Source: an uncultured Pseudomonadota bacterium (lineage in GTDB: Bacteria > Bdellovibrionota_C > UBA2361 > CALMIO01). Taken from it: a stretch of 64,000 nt of DNA. The notes under the pieces are model-generated. The model was not told the origin of the DNA, did not search any database, and worked only from the letters and a program-made list of their open reading frames with translations. Positions 60,911 to 64,000 of this stretch are shown piece by piece; positions within the stretch are counted from its first letter, which is position 1; every line of letters starts with the position of its first letter. The position numbers and the translations under genes were made by a program. The stretch spans positions 243,877-307,876 of the forward strand of contig CALMIO010000002.1 in the NCBI GenBank assembly GCA_937864035.1, in the 5' to 3' direction.

Positions 60911-61675
60911 ATGCAGATTGATCAAAAAGGTAGTTCAAGAGGCGACAATAAAATTACTCTCGAAGTAGAAAGGTTGACCTTAACCATTCAGGGTTTAAAG
61001 ATATTAGATAATATCTCTTTTAAGATATGTCGCGGAAAGACAGTTGGAATTATTGGGCCTAATGGAAGTGGCAAAACATCTCTTTTTAATTTATTAAGTG
61101 GTTTCTACACTCAAGATACTGGCATTATTAAGTTGTATGGAGAGGAAATATCCAATTTGCCTCCGTATGTTAGAGCAAGGCGCGGGCTAGGGCGAACTTT
61201 TCAAAATTTTGGAATTTTTCGCGACATGACCCTTTTGGAAAATATTATTTTGTCATTGGAGAGCAGAAAGGGAGCTTGGCGTTCTTTTTTCCCGTGGAGC
61301 AAAGCTCATAAAGAAAATCGCAAAGAAGCTATGGTTATTTTAGGAGGCGTTAATTTAGAAAACAAGGCAGATGAATTGGCTGCGAATCTTTCCGGAGGGC
61401 AACAACGTCTTTTGGAGCTAGCACGAATAATGGCGCTTCAATCTCAAGTTTTGTTGTTAGATGAACCAACCGCTGGCGTAGCTCCCAAGCTGAGAGAAGC
61501 TTTGGGAGAGCAAATTTCTCTTTTAAAGGAGCGTGATAGAACTATTTTAATTATTGAACATGATCTTGAATTTATCGAAAATTTTTGCGATCAAGCGATT
61601 GTTTTAAACAACGGAGTGATACAGGCAATTGCCAGTCCGACCGAGCTCAGAGAAACTAATCAATTAAAATGGTAG
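60911..61675 (+). CDS. ABC transporter ATP-binding protein (LivG-like)
   Basis: Walker A GIIGPNGSGKTS, ABC signature LSGGQQRL, Walker B LLLDEP, and the LivG-type insertion. Confidence 0.85.
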   Translation: MQIDQKGSSRGDNKITLEVERLTLTIQGLKILDNISFKICRGKTVGIIGPNGSGKTSLFNLLSGFYTQDTGIIKLYGEEISNLPPYVRARRGLGRTFQNFGIFRDMTLLENIILSLESRKGAWRSFFPWSKAHKENRKEAMVILGGVNLENKADELAANLSGGQQRLLELARIMALQSQVLLLDEPTAGVAPKLREALGEQISLLKERDRTILIIEHDLEFIENFCDQAIVLNNGVIQAIASPTELRETNQLKW

Positions 61676-61716
61676 GTTTTTAAAAAAGACTCGAGAGCAG
61701 ATCATTTAGTTAAAAA

Positions 61717-63954
61717 ATGTTTCAAACAAAGTTATTATCAAAAATTATTTTTATATTCTTTTTGAGTTATTTTTTATTTTGCTTATCTTTTACTTTTTCA
61801 TCCGGAGTTATTTACAAATTTCCCGTTAAATCTCTTTATCCAAACGTTGGAGGAATTTCTGCCCAAGGATGGACTCTGCCAATTGCGACCGTTAGCGACG
61901 AAAGAATATTTGGCTTTTCGGCAGAAGCTGAGTTTTATCTTGATAGTGAGCGAAAATTCGATCAAAGTTCGTTATTTGCCAATAACGGCTCTTCTCCAGT
62001 TTTGTTTAGAAACGACTCGATTGTGGCTGTTTCTGCTCTCGACTTTTTCGATGACTTTAAAGCCTCTTTGGGATGTCGCGAGGGTAAAGTTTCTCGAGGA
62101 GGGCGCTTAATAGGAGTTAAACTGTCTGCTATTAGAGTAATTCCGCGCGGGCTTTTTTTGTTGAAACCATCATTTGCTTTATTGCCAACCATTTTGCTCG
62201 CGGCGCTTTTATCTTTGCCGTTGTTTTTTGGGAAAGATGCTACAAGGATTCAGGTGCCAACAGCGGTTGGTGGAAGCTTGCTCGCTTTTTTTTTGACGCG
62301 CGCTTATTTGCCGGATAATTTGGGGGTGTTACTGCCGTTGTATTTAGCGGCATTCTTGGTGTTGATTGGATTTTTAATTGCCCAAAACGCCCGGCAATCT
62401 CCCTCCCCCGGAGAAGGAGCCTTTTTAAAACCCATTAAAAACCCTTTTGGTTTTGTTTGCATCTTGCTGATTTTGATTTCGTTGTTGATAAGACTAAATG
62501 GCGTTGATTTTGGTTTGCCATTTAAATACCACCCTGATGAATCAAGAAAAATCGCGATAGCGCTTAGAATGGTTGAAACTGGACAGTTAGATCCCGATTA
62601 CTTTAGGCACCCTACTTTTTTGCTATACGCGACTGCCGGAGTTACCTATTTGAGCAACGCTATTTTTGATCTTCCGTTAAATATTGAAACTGCCGCGCTT
62701 TCCGGAAGAGTAGTTAGCGTTGTTTTAGGGTCGCTTTCGGTCGCTTTGTTGTATTTAATAGGAAGTTTTTTGTTTGGAACTTGGGCAGGAGCAATCGCAG
62801 CTGTTTTTTTATCATTAGCCCCTCTGCATGTGGTTTGTAGTCGCTATATTAAAGAAGACGCCGCCCTTTTGTTTTTTATTCTCGCAAGTTTTTACTTTGC
62901 CCTGCTTTATACCAAACGTCAAAAAATGCGAGACATTTTTTTGGCTGCGCTTTTTGCCGGCTTTAGTGCTAGCGCTAAATATTCCGGGATATTGTCATTG
63001 GCGCTTGTTGTTTTGGCGTTATTTAATAGTGGCATACCAAATCGACAGCAAATTACAACCCTTATTAAGTTTACTCCGATATTATTACTATTTTTTGTTC
63101 TAGGTTTTTTAGTTTTTACTCCCTATTCTTTGATCAATACCTCTCGCTTTGTGAAGGACTTTTTAGGGGAAAAGGCGCACATGGAAAAGGGGCACGGAAC
63201 AATTATTACTGCCGCTTCGCAAGCTTGGAGCTACCATTTGAAAGAGAGCTTATTTTTTGGAAGCGGATACGGCGGACTCTGTTTATTTTTTGTTTCTTTG
63301 GGTTTTTTTCTGGCAAAGCGAGAACAAAAGGGGATTATAATAGCCGGAGCTTTTGCGCTTTTTTATCTTCCGGCGGAGTGGGTAAAGGCAAAGCCAGCAC
63401 CTCAACCAGAAAGATACGTATTGCCGTGTTTGCCTTTTATTTACTTAGGAGTGGGTTATTTTTTTCGAGAGCTTTCGGCTCTATCTATTCGCGCTAGAGG
63501 TTTCTTTTTGATTGCAATGACATTTTTTTTATCCCTATCATTAACCTACTCACTTGCCCATTCTTTTGCTATTAAAAAAGATACTCGGATATTGGCGGCA
63601 GATTGGATAATAAAAAATGTGCCTCGTGGAAAAACGATAATAATAGATTGGCGTTTTTATGGACCTTCCGTTAGAGAAGATGAATATAAGTTAATTGATC
63701 TTAAACGGCTTGGTCCGGGTCGTTTCCGCAAAGCTTTAACGGAAGAGGGGCTTAAGGAGTTGGCGGCTGATTACTTTGTTTTTTCAAGTTTTATTAGCGA
63801 TCGTTATCTTTCAAAATATAGGCAGACATCCGATCTTGGAGATCTTTATCGGAGTTTTTTTGCGCGTCGTCAACCAGAGGTTGTTTTTGAAAAAAAATTA
63901 TTTGAGTATGGTTTTCATAATCCTAAACTCGCGATTTATAAAGTTACCAACTAA
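61717..63954 (+). CDS. GT39 / ArnT-PMT-like GT-C glycosyltransferase (745 aa polytopic membrane protein)
   Basis: First periplasmic-loop motif HPDESRKIAIALRMVETGQL (DExRxxxxAxxM, ArnT/PMT-type), many TM segments and a C-terminal soluble domain. Confidence 0.65.
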   Translation: MFQTKLLSKIIFIFFLSYFLFCLSFTFSSGVIYKFPVKSLYPNVGGISAQGWTLPIATVSDERIFGFSAEAEFYLDSERKFDQSSLFANNGSSPVLFRNDSIVAVSALDFFDDFKASLGCREGKVSRGGRLIGVKLSAIRVIPRGLFLLKPSFALLPTILLAALLSLPLFFGKDATRIQVPTAVGGSLLAFFLTRAYLPDNLGVLLPLYLAAFLVLIGFLIAQNARQSPSPGEGAFLKPIKNPFGFVCILLILISLLIRLNGVDFGLPFKYHPDESRKIAIALRMVETGQLDPDYFRHPTFLLYATAGVTYLSNAIFDLPLNIETAALSGRVVSVVLGSLSVALLYLIGSFLFGTWAGAIAAVFLSLAPLHVVCSRYIKEDAALLFFILASFYFALLYTKRQKMRDIFLAALFAGFSASAKYSGILSLALVVLALFNSGIPNRQQITTLIKFTPILLLFFVLGFLVFTPYSLINTSRFVKDFLGEKAHMEKGHGTIITAASQAWSYHLKESLFFGSGYGGLCLFFVSLGFFLAKREQKGIIIAGAFALFYLPAEWVKAKPAPQPERYVLPCLPFIYLGVGYFFRELSALSIRARGFFLIAMTFFLSLSLTYSLAHSFAIKKDTRILAADWIIKNVPRGKTIIIDWRFYGPSVREDEYKLIDLKRLGPGRFRKALTEEGLKELAADYFVFSSFISDRYLSKYRQTSDLGDLYRSFFARRQPEVVFEKKLFEYGFHNPKLAIYKVTN

Positions 63955-64000
63955 TGTTGATTCACAAAAAAGAAAAATTTAATGCCAACCTAACGGCAAA

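Overview
By eye the window is AT-rich, with standard stop codons and several TTG starts. It contains a chromosomal origin-type core, dnaA-dnaN-recF-gyrB, with an AT-rich dnaA-dnaN spacer that carries a near-consensus DnaA box and a perfect 25-bp inverted repeat. Housekeeping genes around it include GH37 trehalase, an SLT lytic transglycosylase, mnmG, topA, bcp, rnhA, trxB, an F0-only ATP synthase cluster (atpI-like, atpB, atpE, putative atpF), rpiA, an M23 peptidase, ruvX-mltG, a CorC/TlyC transporter and a YqeY protein. A 1760-aa tandem-duplicated UvrA is present. A complete caa3-type cytochrome c oxidase locus (Sco-coxB-coxA-coxC-subunit IV) has a subunit II carrying two CXXCH motifs. The accessory content is a set of genes mostly familiar from eukaryotes or host-associated bacteria: an indoleamine 2,3-dioxygenase homolog followed by a truncated NagA-like amidohydrolase, a secreted purple-acid-phosphatase-like enzyme, a secreted trypsin-like protease and a GH5-like hydrolase. 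Five very large polytopic membrane proteins are encoded: a tandem pair with DLHPH and Tyr-rich motifs, a second paralogous pair, and an ArnT/PMT-like GT39 protein. Dispersed rmlA and rmlC genes and a GlmU-N-like nucleotidyltransferase overlapping a GNAT gene also point to envelope or protein glycosylation. No tRNA, rRNA, CRISPR array or obvious mobile element was recognised. All calls rest on motifs read directly from the supplied translations; no searches were run.
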